Shown here piece by piece: positions 38,100-50,676 of a stretch of 64,000 nucleotides of DNA. The translations under genes were made by a program, and so were the position numbers. This DNA is from Coniocarpon cinnabarinum (lineage: Eukaryota): positions 1 through 64,000 of the forward strand of contig JAVECO010000081.1 in the NCBI GenBank assembly GCA_051942205.1, read 5' to 3'. Position 1 is the first letter of the stretch; every line of letters begins with the position of its first letter. The notes under the pieces were generated by a model. The model was not told where the DNA came from. It saw nothing but the letters and a program-made list of their open reading frames with translations, and ran no database searches.

Positions 38100-39038
38100 A
38101 TGAACAACATCCTCCAATCGCGCCTCACAAACCTGACATCCCACCTCACCGCCCTCACCGAAAGCATAACCTCCTACAACCCGTCTCCCCACGCCGCCTC
38201 TCTGCTCCTCCACGAAGACGCCCTCCTCTCCGCCGACCTCGAAACCCTCGCCGCCCACCAGCGCAATGTAGCAACCCTTGAGCGCCTGCGCGCCACGACG
38301 CAGAAGCTCGACGAGCAGATGAAAGACTCATTGCGCGCACTCGCCGACACGCGCAAAGAATTGATCAGCCAGCGACCTCGAGAAGATGCCGCGGCAGAGA
38401 CCAGCGCGGTGGACGTGAATACGCTTTTGAACACCGCGATGCGCATCGCCAAGTATACGGTGCCGCCGTCTCAGAAGCAAAAACCTGTCCCGAAAGCAAG
38501 GGAGGCGTCGCCAGCAGAGCAACAAACTTCACAGCCCGCTACTGCAAATGTATCGATGAATACGAATAATACACAATCGACTGAGCTTGCGACGCAACCT
38601 TCGGATCCACAGACCACACAACAGGATTCGCAAGAAGAGGCGCCGACGCCGACGACGCGCACGCGAGAGCGCATACCTGAACACCTTCACGCGTGGATTG
38701 ATCCACCTAAGGGCGCAGATGGCAGCGCAATCTGGACGCCTTGGCCAAATGAGAATGTGATCAAAGCAGGAGCATTAGGGAAGCTGCAGTGGATGGCAGA
38801 GAATGAAGTTGAGCCCGACGTCACGGGCATTCAGGGCGAAACAGTGCCAGAGGGCATGAGTGGGGTCCCCACACGAGCTGGTGCGGAAGGCAGGAGAGAA
38901 AGCGCTGTGCTGGATGAGCAAGGACGCGCAGAGCTGGAAGCGAGGCGCGAAGAGGCGAGGAGGAAGGCGGACGAAGAGAAGCGAAATCAGGAAGAGCTGA
39001 TGGATGAGTTTGATTTGTATGATCCCGACGAGGCGTGA
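38100..39038 (+). CDS. MED4: Mediator of RNA polymerase II transcription subunit 4
   Basis: N-terminal L.ESITSYNPS, coiled coil, V....LL..A.RIAKYTVPP, PWPNE..IK.GAL, acidic end FDLYDPDE. Confidence 0.85.
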   Translation: MNNILQSRLTNLTSHLTALTESITSYNPSPHAASLLLHEDALLSADLETLAAHQRNVATLERLRATTQKLDEQMKDSLRALADTRKELISQRPREDAAAETSAVDVNTLLNTAMRIAKYTVPPSQKQKPVPKAREASPAEQQTSQPATANVSMNTNNTQSTELATQPSDPQTTQQDSQEEAPTPTTRTRERIPEHLHAWIDPPKGADGSAIWTPWPNENVIKAGALGKLQWMAENEVEPDVTGIQGETVPEGMSGVPTRAGAEGRRESAVLDEQGRAELEARREEARRKADEEKRNQEELMDEFDLYDPDEA

Positions 39039-39338
39039 CAGATCTCAAATCATTCCGCATATTGCGTCGATTCCATCAACGAGACAGGGCGTGCTGGACG
39101 CTGTCATGTGCTCGGATACTCCCCAACGCCGTGCCATACCATGCTTTCGTGGACAACGTTGATTCCGTGACTCCGTCCCCGCGCTCAATGCTGTCCTGAT
39201 GCGCCTGGGTCCCACCAGCATTTCGGAGCGAGATCCATCGCCCAAAGGAAGCGACCCTTTACTGGGTTCTCCGGCAGTTTTGCAGCTCACATTCGACAAA
39301 TTTGAGTCATGTGTGCGAGCTGCTGGCACACTTGCTCC

Positions 39339-40637
39339 TCATGCAGCCATCCGTTGGCTCCGCCTTCCATAGCTCGCCGGCCTCAAAGTATCTAACAGGT
39401 CCGAGTTCTCTCTTTGCGGCGTTTTGTCAGGCAAGCCTCGAATGACGCTGAGGCAATATGCCTTCTCATCCGCGAACTGTCCCTCTTCATCACGCTCCGC
39501 AAGGAATTGCTCCAAAAATAGCGTCAACCGCTGCTTGTTCATGATCAGAATCTTGAGCACCTGGTAGGACTTGTCCGGGTCGGCCACGAAGATCTTAAAG
39601 ATGTGGAATGCCTCATACGCAATCATACGTCGTGAGTCGCGCAACAAGTTCATGGCGAGCTTGAGATTCTCATGGTCCTTCACGTAGCCTGACATGAGGT
39701 CGTAGTGGGTGCGGTCGAGAAGAATGTCGGCGAGGAGCTTAATAGACTGACGCTTTGTGACGTAGGAGGCGGACTGCATCAGAATGGAGTGATAGCGCGA
39801 GAAGAATAAGGGAGCGTTGACGCGCAGGAAGTGTTGGCTGAGTGTTCGATGCAAGGTGAGGATTTGCTATTGGCGTTCGACTTAGTTAGTGTTGTCATCA
39901 TAAACGACAAAGACATGAGTGACCTACTCTGAAGGTCTCAAACGCAGCAGCACTAGCTTCAAACGATGAGCGATCGATATATCTGAACATCCGCCAGAAC
40001 ATGCCGTTGCCAGTGCCAGGAGTGTTGGGATTCGCCCCGTGTAACGCAGGGATGTCCCTGCCTGGCTCGTCGTAGAGGATGATAGCTGTGAGGCTATCGA
40101 ACTTCAAAGCCTCCTGCAGTATGCCACTGACTGGCATAGCGCAGTCGTTGTGTTCGAAACATTTGCACAGCTGGATCATGACTTGAGGGCGGTCTTGGAA
40201 GATATGCTTGACGGCACGTGGAAGATCCTTCTCTTCTTGCTCATCTCTCTTGAAACGTATAGCAGAAGCGAGGACAACTTGCACGCCTTTGCGACGTTCG
40301 AAGGATATCTTGGGGAGTGCAACGGCAAAGTTGTAGAAGAGATCTTCCTCGCACATGGACGTGACCATGCGATTTTGATCTTGATTTGGTACCTGACGAT
40401 CTAAGAGAAGCCGTGAGCTCAGTGACTGTTGTCGAGACCAACAGAGCTTAGCATACCTCGTGAGCCTGCCAATGTCATTTTCATGTCATCTGTGAATCGC
40501 GCAATATCATCATCCAGTGACACGGCTTGGATCTGATCAGTGGTCTGAATGAGCTTCTGCAGGCTCTGTTTGGTGGCGCGACAGATGTCTGCAGGCCCTC
40601 GCGGCTTGCCCGCATTCCCGAACAGTCCCAGAACCAT
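39339..40637 (-). CDS. hymA: Mo25/HymA family protein, 3 exons
   Basis: L..ISFERRK, FEASAAAFETFR, SYVTKRQSIKLL..ILLDR, NLKL.MNLLRD, YEAFHIFKIFVA.P.K, QFADEK. Confidence 0.9.
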
Positions 40638-41299
40638 GTTGTCACTGTCGAATGGTGCGAATTGGGACGAGCGCTGTAAGCGCAAGTGGTCAAAGCGAAG
40701 CAAGTGTGAAAGGCTCGTGCAACACAGTGGGTTGTGGTATTGCTAGCAAGCGCACATGGTATTCTTGCAGTCTTGGGTAGGGTTTCACGACGTCACTAAG
40801 CTCCAGCCCTCTTGCTTGACGAAGAATATCTTATGTTCGTCGCTTTGCCCAGCGGAGAGGTATCAAAGGGTCCAAAGGTTCGCGAGTCATGCCACCAATC
40901 GCTACAGCAACCGGCCGTAGTTAGCGCGATCCCGTCTTATAGGTAATATTGTCCTATACGAGAGCATAGAAGCTCTTGCCGAACACTTGCGGAGTTCTTT
41001 GATTCGGTCTACAAGATCTCGATACAAGGACTGGGTATTTGGCCAAGTAGAAGAATGAGTCCGCCTGGGACCGAGATGCTTACACGACTTGCTCTCGTTC
41101 TGCAATGAGAGGTGTCAAACAAAACAATTTTGAAGTGAAGACCCCCACACTGTGAGCTGTATAAGGGGTCAAAGAAACGAGTTGACATTTAGTTCAGCTC
41201 ACTCAATCTTGATCACCCGAGCATACACAGCTCCAAATTACCTCCTACTCCCATTATCCGGTGATCATCTTCCTCTTCTTGGAAGCCCACGGCCCCTGA

Positions 41300-43527
41300 T
41301 CACATCATCTGATCTTGCGTCATTCCCATGCCCTCTCCCATCGCAGACTCGCCGGCGCCCAAGTACTTGACGTAGGATAGGCCCAGTGGACGTCCACCGT
41401 ACTGGTATCCGCTGAATTTCTGGATCGCCGTGTCGGCATTGTCGGTGTTGTCAAAGCGAACGACGCCAGTGCCACGAGATCGTCCATTGGGTTCGTATTG
41501 AATCTCCGCTTGATCGACTTTGCCAATAGTCTGGAACAGCTCGACAAGATCCTCGTTGCTCGTCGACCATGGAAGCTAGAGTGATGTTAGCTCGAAGTTG
41601 ATGAGAATAGCACGTGCAAAGCTCACGTTGCGGACATAGATCGTCTCGCTGCGATCTCCATTGCCAGTCGCATTGTCCGTGAATGGATTCGGCGCGGGCG
41701 GAACGCTTTCGTAGCTTGATCCTGCGTAGCTACCGCCGCCGCCACCGCCGCCGCCGCCTCCTCCTCCATATCCACCACGGCCACCATAGCCGCCCCCATA
41801 ACCGCCACGACCAAAACCGCCACGTCCTCCATACCCTCCACGCATGTTGCCATATCCACCGAAGCCTCCTCGGCCTCCGTAGCCAGATCCAGCAAAGCGG
41901 TCCTCGCGGACTTCAAGCTGTCGGCCTTGCCATTCGTAGCCATTAAAATTCTGGATCGCGTTCATCGCATCGTTGCTGTTGTCAAACGCAACAATCCCGG
42001 TTCCTTTCGGACGTCCGTCCGGTCCAATGTTTACGTCAGCTCGAACGATGTTTCCAGTCATTGCTGTCACATTGGTCAGCTTTCCTTCAGCGTTGGCGTG
42101 GGCATTGCTACGATAGAGACGAACCGGCTTGGCGAAAGAAGTCCTTGAGGTCCTGCCAACCGACGGTGTACGGTAGCTAGAATCATGGTCAGTGACTTCT
42201 GTACAGCGACGTAAGCAACATCATGGGTATAGCGGGGTAACAAACGTTGGAAACGAAGATCTGAGTTCCACCTCCGGAACCCCCAAATCCGCCTCCATAT
42301 CCTCCGCGAGTTCCGCCATCCATGCCACCTCGAGTTGGTGCACCCGTAAAGCGCGGCTCTGATTCACGATCCTGCGGTGTGATTGCCTTAGTGAACGGAG
42401 TTTGACAGTAACAATCAGAGTCATACCTCGCGAACATAAACCAAGCGGCCCATTAAATTTTGATTGGACAAGGTGTTGATCGCGTTTTGGGCTTGATCCC
42501 TCGTTGCGTACTCCACAATTCTGCAAGAAGTCAGTCGGCGGCCCCTGTCAAATGCTTTCGTATAGGGGATAGCAACTTACCCGCATCCCTAAATAACGGA
42601 CAACCAGTCCCATCCGTCAATCCATGTTCCATTCAACAAACGAGGAAGACCCTCCGTGATCATGCAGCTGTGCCCACCTTCGACATCCCATTGGGAAGCA
42701 ACAAAACATCGGAGAAAATGACATCTCCCGCTATTCCCATGTATCAGCATTCCACGCCCATTCTCGTCCCATGCAGTCATGTCCAATGCCCACCCTGTCT
42801 CATAAAATCTTTCAAGTGATGCCACTTGACATCGTAGCTGAGGTTGCCGATATAGACACGGCGGTCTTGTTGAGAAGAATCCCGGACGGATTGCATCATT
42901 TGTTCCTTGGCTACAGCGCGGTCTTCATAGTTCCGCGGCGGCATCCGTGAACCGTATCCTGAGCCCGAATATCCTCCACTTCCACCACGTGCAGGGGCAC
43001 CACTCATTGGGGAACGAGAACGGCGATCGTCGCGACGATAACCGTCACGGCTGCGAGATGGACTGCGTGGAGAGTATGATCGACGGCTGCGGCGAGGACT
43101 CCTCGATCGACGTCTTGGAGAGCGGGAACGCGAGCGCTCACGTTTGACCTAGGTGGATGGTGAGGCTGGGTCCAGTGGAGAGGGGTAAATATGCCAAAAA
43201 GTCTGTGGGGGCAGGATCTGAGGGGCAAGAGGTGAAGGTAAATGAAGATGTGGCGCGGTAATGAATAATGAAATGAATGCCGCAAGGAGCAGGTGGTGTC
43301 AAGAAAAACCTGGAGGTGGCACTTACGGGACGATAGTTGTCGGCTGTTCCCAGGCAAAAACGTCGTCAATCAGCAAACGTCTATCAAACAACAAACGACG
43401 GAACGTGGCCAAACGGTCCAGGTCTCACAAGGTTGTAGCCTTGCAGCGACCTTGCATTATCGGGGCCGCGCGATGCGCCCGGGAGGAGGAGGAGGAGCGT
43501 CTGAAGTTGGCAGAGAAGCTTACCCAT
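41300..43527 (-). CDS. SR-like three-RRM RNA-binding protein (Gbp2/Hrb1/SnxA-like), multi-exon
   Basis: Spliced N-terminus [20 protein letters not shown]; RRMs [51 protein letters not shown] repeats; ends TQDQMM*. Confidence 0.88.
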
Positions 43528-46500
43528 CTTGCGTTTGCTGAATGCTCAGGGAGGCAAATTACGACGTGGAGTTGACCAAGTAAGAGAGCGGCCTCGGAGG
43601 ACGTGTCAAATGAACTGTTGGTCCGGGGTTAGCCAGTGCTAGCCGGGCAACTGTGTAACCACGAGGTGTAGAGATCGGTGAACATGTTTCGCTCGGTAGG
43701 CTTGCCATCCTCCTGCACCGCGCGCGATCATGCATGGAGCCTTGCTGCGTATCCCCTGTGGAGCGACGCAGATGGACCTCTATGCCGATTGCGGAGCGTG
43801 CTGTCGCATCCGCCACCGAGCAAAGCAGCTGAAGGATTCTCAACCTCTGCTGACGACTGCGTTCGAGCGCGCCAGGTCGCGATCGGACCGATGTGTAAAA
43901 TCTGGAAGGGCGTCCAGGGAGCAACCTACTACTGCGGATGCTCTTGCAAACGGCGCAAGAACCAAGACGCGCGACGACTCAACGCGACGTCAGATCAACC
44001 ACGGCTGGAGGAACAGACAGCAGGATTGGCGACGGCGGAAATGACACGAGTGAAGGGGAGCTGGAGAACTGCCAATGGAATGCTCGAGGTGAACAAACGA
44101 GTCCAACACGGCTGGAGCCCAGAGTTCCAAGCTAGGCAGCCAAGACTTCATGCGCCACATCTCACGTTGTGGCGGTGCTCCCGCCCAAAATCGTCCCCTC
44201 AATCTTCAGCGCGCACACACCTCCCCAGCTGTTGAATCCACTGACATCACATGTAATTCCTGCTGCCTTCGCTCGAGCTGGATGAACGCGAACGACCATA
44301 CTAGTGCGTCTAGAACAATGCAATGACCACGGGCTCCGAGGTAGTGGCTTTGCAAGGCAACACTCTTCTCAGGGACAGTCGATCAGAATACACATTACTC
44401 ACTTGCATCTGTCACTCGGTGCGTTATTCATTGTCTTATCGGTGTCACGCCGACTGTATCTCGTGGCGAGGATGAAGAGGCAAGTGATCCGGGGACCACG
44501 TCTGTTCCGCGCATGGTCGGACTGGCATTACCAATGTCCGCCCTGCCAATTGCCAGATGGAAACTTTTTGGTGCAAATTTTCATCTCAAGTACGAATTGT
44601 AGCCGATACATCCTCAGGTCTCGTGCATACAGCCGAGTACCTGCGTCTTCGCTGAGCTTGCGTTGACTAGCACCAGACTATCTAGCTCTGGGGTAGGTTT
44701 GCTAACCTTGGAAGTGGCGAGACATCAGTCGACTTGTAGCTTCACGCTTAGTACTATTCCGCTTCTTGAGCCACATACTAGTCGGCATCATCTCCTTCAA
44801 CGAGTGGCTAGTGAAAATATTCTCTGCAAGATAGAGACAGGAAGCTTGAATTAATTGCGCAAGAGGCAGTTTCAGCTTCTATGAGCTAAGGGCCCCATTT
44901 TCATTCTGTGAGCCCGAACGGCAGATTCTTATGCGAGGTAACTTTGCTCTGCGCCTGTCATTCCTGCTGTACACTGAGGTCATGTCATTGACTAGTGGCT
45001 GAGAGTGCTATGTGGCTATGCGTCAAGAAGTGGCCTGATTTCAACTTGAGCTGCGCAGCTCATGGCTATGACACAAGTTGAAGCATGTCCGCACCCTTTG
45101 GCACTAATTCATCAATCCCAGCGAAGGCAGGTAAGAACCCTCCTGGTGTTAGAGGGATCTTTGAAAAACTTCTTTGTCCTCAGAGAAGACAATTGCTCGC
45201 AAGCAAAAGCATCCAAATGTTCGGGACCCTCATAGTCGAAGGCTTTCGGACTATGCAATGCGAACAGCAATTCTTAGGTCTGCAAAGACTGCTCTGGGCG
45301 TGTGGCGAAAATTACTCTGACTCAGACCCCTGCACTCACGCTAGTTCTATCACAACGAGCTGCAGCCTATTTGACCATTACGTTGTATTTGGTCCCTGGA
45401 GATCGTTGCAGGGGTAACTCTCACAGCTGAAAGAGCTTCGCGCGCACACAACGGCAAAATCTCTTTACCTCGATGCCCTCGTACTACATTCTTCACTAGA
45501 TATTGCCAAACTCGCGTCAGCTAGATAGCTGTATCTTTGGTGAATGCTTCGTTGCGGCATTTTCATGGTTACCGGCAAATCCTTGTCCTCTCTAGCCGAA
45601 GCGGGCACACAGATCACACAGGTAACACGCTACCTGGCGCTACCAGCTAAATGCAAGGCAGCTCGCACTATTTGCCCGAGCGCTCGCTGAAAAGCCCGCT
45701 CCACAGCAGCTATTACCAGCGGTTCCACTCCCACGGCAAAAGGCCATCCGCTAGCGAAGCTTAGGGGAAAACCAAATGCAGTACCTACCTTCCTTGCAAT
45801 TGTCATTGCCATGTTGAGAATACTATTCTATCTTTCCAATCTCTCTAGACGTCTTACAATAAGAGTTCATCACTTGATTAACAGATTCTAGTTGCTGCGG
45901 ATGAAAACAACAGGAATTTGGAGGCTAATTTTGTCCAGGATTTGTTGCATTGTTCAAGTGAATCTATGCTGCTAGCACAAATACCCTCGAAAAATCAGTG
46001 ATTCGGCTTCATAGTAATATCTTCACCGTGTCAAGACAAGGTCAGATGTGAGAGCGAAGACGGAGTCGATTTCGTCAATCAGCATAAAAAAAATACTGTC
46101 CAATCAGATTTCGCTGTAGGATCGAGCGCTATGTTCAGCGAAAGACAGACGTCAGCTGAAATCCACCAGGACCGAGTCATGGCGCTGCAACATGAGGAGA
46201 GGATTGATGATATTGGCCAGTGGCAATCCTGCTGATTGGCAGGCGCTCGCTTATTTTGAGAGCAAGAAGGGCTGCAGCAAAACGCCAACCATGCCGAGCA
46301 AGACTGCAGAGCACGCGATCTCTCCATCCTTGTGTCGTCCGGCCTTTACTGGTTGCACTATACAGAAATGACTTGGACAACGAGGGTGTGACGTACTTGG
46401 GGAGGCTTAAGTGCGCAATGCAATATGCAAGTACAATGGCGAGCATCACTAGCGGCGTGCAATCTTGCTCCGGCTGTTCCAGAGCTCCTATTAATCAGGT

Positions 46501-46926
46501 AAGCTACGGCAAGTTGGAGTACCCTCACAACCGCAAGCAACCGATACAGAAGTATTCGTGCCAGACCACACTGCGAAGCTCTCACAGAAGCAAGTGGCGC
46601 ATGCGCGCAGTTTCAATGCTGCATCGCATTGTCGGTTTCAAGACACGTGTCGATAAGCGCGCGTCTGGTTCCTGTGTGTAGGTACATAGCTCCTACGAAG
46701 CTCTTCCCAACACGGGCATACCATCCAGCAGCTCCCTCGACGTCATGCCAGCTCCACGCTTATCAACAGCTCCTCTATACCTAAGCAGCAACAACTTCCT
46801 GCACCTCATCAACGAGGCAGCTTCTATCCACACCTCCAGCCATGCCATCTTTGCGTCGTCGCCCAAAGCTTCAAAGTATGCAGCGCTGAGCAGCAAGAAA
46901 AGCACAGCACAGCAACAGCACAAACC

Positions 46927-48156
46927 ATGGCCATCGAGCCCATCTGGGTCCTTCGAGGCCTCGCCCTCCTCCTCATAGCCATCTGGGGCATCCACAAAGC
47001 CCTCACCGAGCTGCAAAAGCGCCGCAAACCCACATCCCCTGCTTCGCCAACTCCATCCAAAACCACAAACGCAATCCTCAAAGCCTCACCCCGCCAACCC
47101 GGCACCTGGCCTCCCTCCTCCTTCCGCCGTCCCACCGCAGCACCGTACCCAGACTGGTCCCTCGAACACACCAAACCCCTCCCGTACCGCCCCTTCCGCT
47201 ACGGTCCCAAATACAACGTCACCATGGGTCTCCGGCCCATGGACTGGACCGAGTGGATCGAACTCGATAACCAGTTCCTCAAATTCCACAACGACAAGAA
47301 ACGCCGCATTGCCGAGCGAGGTTCTCGCTGCTGCCGCACAGCGCCTGAAGCGTATCCAGCGGCTCTTGAGCTCCTCGAGGAATTGAGCACTTACCTCTGC
47401 GAGCGATATCCGAGTCTGTATCAGCCTCTGACAGGCTCCCGCCGCGGTTGCACGAATCAGGCGACGGGCGACGTGCTGGATCTCGACCACCTAACCATGG
47501 ACCCAATGGCGCACGCCGCTCTCCTCGTGCAAGACGATCTAGCCCTCATGTTCGAGCAACCCGACGGGCAGTACCGCCTCCTCGCCGGCTCCATCCTCTT
47601 AGCCGGCTTCTGGCGCCTCGAAGACAAATTCGGGATGCCGCTCTCCGAGATCCACACCTCCGGCGAGGTGCCGCAATTCCGCGAGAAGCTCGAAAAGGGC
47701 ATGCTCAGTTTCTTCCGACGCCTGCAGCCGGAGAAGCCCATGCTCCGGAATAACTACTTCATCCAGGTGGACGACGAGCTGGCGTGGAGTTCCAGCATCG
47801 GGAGCGAGGACCTCCCCGAGCTGGAGGGGTGGAAAGCCGCGGAGTGGAATCGCGCGGTGGAGCATCATTGGTTTCGGTCGGAGCGGCAGAGTTTGAGTCG
47901 TTTGCCGAGGACGGGCGCCGTGGTGTTTACGATTCGGACGTATTTCCATCCGATTATGGAGGTGGCGCGGGAGCCGTACGTTCCCGGTAGACTGGCGAGC
48001 GCGGTGCGCTCGTGGGGGGATGATGTCAGTCGGTACAAGGGAAAGGAACGGTATGGGAAGGTGCTGTTGCAATATCTGGATGGGATGCATGAGAAGCAGG
48101 TTGCGGAGGGGTTGGATTTGAGTCGGGAGGAAGAGGTGAGAGCGTACCCGTATTGA
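46927..48156 (+). CDS. DUF3445 / heme-dependent oxidative N-demethylase alpha-like (HRQ family) protein
   Basis: PLPYRPFRYG, TMGLR....WIELD, LLVQDDL, GFWRL.DKFGM.L.EIH..G.VP, FRSERQSL.RLPRTGAVVFTIRTY; N-terminal TM helix. Confidence 0.88.
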   Translation: MAIEPIWVLRGLALLLIAIWGIHKALTELQKRRKPTSPASPTPSKTTNAILKASPRQPGTWPPSSFRRPTAAPYPDWSLEHTKPLPYRPFRYGPKYNVTMGLRPMDWTEWIELDNQFLKFHNDKKRRIAERGSRCCRTAPEAYPAALELLEELSTYLCERYPSLYQPLTGSRRGCTNQATGDVLDLDHLTMDPMAHAALLVQDDLALMFEQPDGQYRLLAGSILLAGFWRLEDKFGMPLSEIHTSGEVPQFREKLEKGMLSFFRRLQPEKPMLRNNYFIQVDDELAWSSSIGSEDLPELEGWKAAEWNRAVEHHWFRSERQSLSRLPRTGAVVFTIRTYFHPIMEVAREPYVPGRLASAVRSWGDDVSRYKGKERYGKVLLQYLDGMHEKQVAEGLDLSREEEVRAYPY

Positions 48157-48480
48157 TGTCGGTGCGATGTCGGGATGTCTTTCGGAACGGCGCCAATGGC
48201 GAGTCCTTGATGGCGAAAGTACGGTGGCTTGTTGTGAGGCAATTGCATGGCCTATTCAACAAGTCCGAGACTGGCTCAGAGTGCTTCACCGGCTGCGTCG
48301 CTGTTTTCTCATGTGGTTGATGAGCAGCTGAGCCCATGAGGCCACATCGCTGCGGAGGTAGACTGCATCGCTACTCATACATCAGTCCAAACAGCATACT
48401 TGCCAATATACCTCCATATGCATATTCAAAATCATGCGTAAATCATCAATCATCAGTGATACTCAACAGTCCCCCTCGTC

Positions 48481-50248
48481 TCAACCCCCCACCGGTCCCT
48501 CTGTTCTCCGTCTCCGATACCGTCCCACACTCTCCTCAACCTTCGCCCTCCTCCACTCACACCCAGCATTAAATTCACACCCCCCACACTTCCACGCCTC
48601 CTCGACCTCAACTCCCCTTGCCTCCCTCTCGCCCTTCCACCACCGCATCTCCTCCCTCGCAAATCCCGACACTGCCTCCTCATCATACGCAAACGTCCGT
48701 TTTCCCATCACCTTGCCATCACCCGCATGTCTGAACTCAACTTGCAGCACCTGACTCACGGTTTCCTGCGCGTCTGGCATCGTCACCGCGAACTCTTGCA
48801 TCATCAACTCCCAGAGTTTCGAAAGATTGTTGTGCGTGAGTAGCTCGACGGCGGTCTCAATGGCCGGTTCCATCGGCGCGGTTGCGTTCTCCAATGGTGA
48901 GGCGGACGCCGAGGGATCGAAATTATCTTCGAGACCGGCGAGTTGCTGAATCAGCTCGTCCGAGAAGTGGACACTTGGGTCTAAATCATAGCGTTCGAAG
49001 ATGAGGCTGGCAGGGACGGTGTTACTTGCTAGAGAGGTGAGCAGGCGACGATACAGCACCAGTTGGATGTGTGTTGGTTTCATGCCGGAAGCGCTGGGGA
49101 CGTAACGAGAATTGCGGGTTTTGACGTCTGTGATGTAGATATGCTTCTGTTGACGTTGAGTCGTGTTTTTTGCGGGATCAGCAGAAGACGAGACAGAGCT
49201 CTGTGACGGTTTGAAAAACTCAGAGATCGTGGCTTGGTCCGGCGCAATTTGAATATCATGCCCTTTTCTCTTCTTCTCGACATCACGTCCTGTGATCCGC
49301 GCTTCTAACTCCGCATCCGGACATTGATACCCCAACTCATCGACAATACCCACAACCACTTCCCCTTCAACGACACCCCACACTTCGACCTCGCGCGTCA
49401 TGCCCGTCACCCTGAGTGTTCGCAGCGCTTGAATCACATTCCAGATTCTAAGACCCCAGTTGTCTTCACGTGTTTGGACGTCGATGGGGACAGTGACGTG
49501 GACTTCGTCCTCGAGATCTTTGTGCACGGAGGAGCCGCGCTTCATGGCGGACGTGCGGCGTTTCCGGCCGTGATGCGTGAGCGAGTAGAGGTATTGGAGC
49601 TCGCACCAGGCTGGGGATGTGAAGTCCGTGACGGAAAGGGGTTTATGCGAGCGGAAGCGCTGGATCGGGGATCTGGTGTCTTCCTTGAGTGGCGCGTTCA
49701 AGTCTCTAATCTGCGCGTCGTCGTCGTGGGCGTTGTTCGAAGCCGGAACAGTCGCAGCGTCTGAGGTTCTCGATCCCCCGTTGCGTAGGTTCGAGGTACT
49801 GGGTTTAGCTGACTGCGTCGTCGCGACTTTGCCAGGACTCCCATCGCGCGCAACTAACCGCTACACAATCAGCGCCGGCCCCATCAGAAAGGAGGTCCCG
49901 AAGCCCGTCAAGAAGAGAAAACCTACCCTCGATCTCGTCGCATACGTCCTCAAATTCCACTTCCACTTCCAGAGCCGGGGCAGCGTCCAAACTCTTGAAT
50001 CGCGTAGACTGATACACGGGCGGCGGCGAACAGCTAGCCTCGAGGACACGATGAGTCTCATAGTCGACTGACGTGCTGCTCGACTCGGAAGAGGAGAGTG
50101 CAACGGCCGTATGTACAGGTACCGGGGTGGCGCGCTCGACCGCGTCGAGCGCTGCGGCTAGGTGTTCATCGTCGCTGAGGTTGAGGTCGTAGGCAACGTC
50201 GGTGCTGCTGGGTTCTATTGAGTTTATTACATCGTTTGAAGCTGACAT
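48481..50248 (-). CDS. EXO5: Exonuclease V (EXO5/DEM1-like), probably 2 exons
   Basis: LSVTD..SPAWCELQ, G..VH..LE.EVH, TREVEVWG, GIVDEL, ITDVKTR, C-terminal CxxCxxxxxC Fe-S ligands. The first exon and start are less certain. Confidence 0.88.
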
Positions 50249-50676
50249 TGGGTGGTCTTGAGTGCATCATTGCAACGATCGTGCACGCGTGGTAGATCGC
50301 GGTGACGTAGTTGAGCGCGATCTGAGAGACAGAATCACGCGTCCGGGCAGGGTCACAAGTAGACGTCCGACGAAGATGGGTCGACTTGACTTAAGTTTCG
50401 AGGCTACTTTCCACTGGCTGTTGACTGTCCAAGGAAAACCAGGGTGGTTTTGAAGTGCGCACAGGAGAAACATGCAGCACCGACGATTACAAATGATATA
50501 GCTTAGATGTGCAAGCTTCTTCAGACCAGTCGACCCACTAATGCCATTTTGTTAATTTACAGGTGTCGCCAATGCATTTTAGACCAAAAAGTAGACCTTC
50601 TCTCCCTCTTCGACCGCCCTGCTTCCCCCACCCAAACACCACGAGAAGCGGCCAGCGACGTTTCCTGGCTTTTCAA

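Noticed and set aside
43678..46681. ORFs of 100-185 aa between the RRM and DUF3445 genes, including a possible small spliced gene at ~45630-45812
   Set aside because: Atypical composition and no recognisable domain; treated as intergenic pending RNA data.
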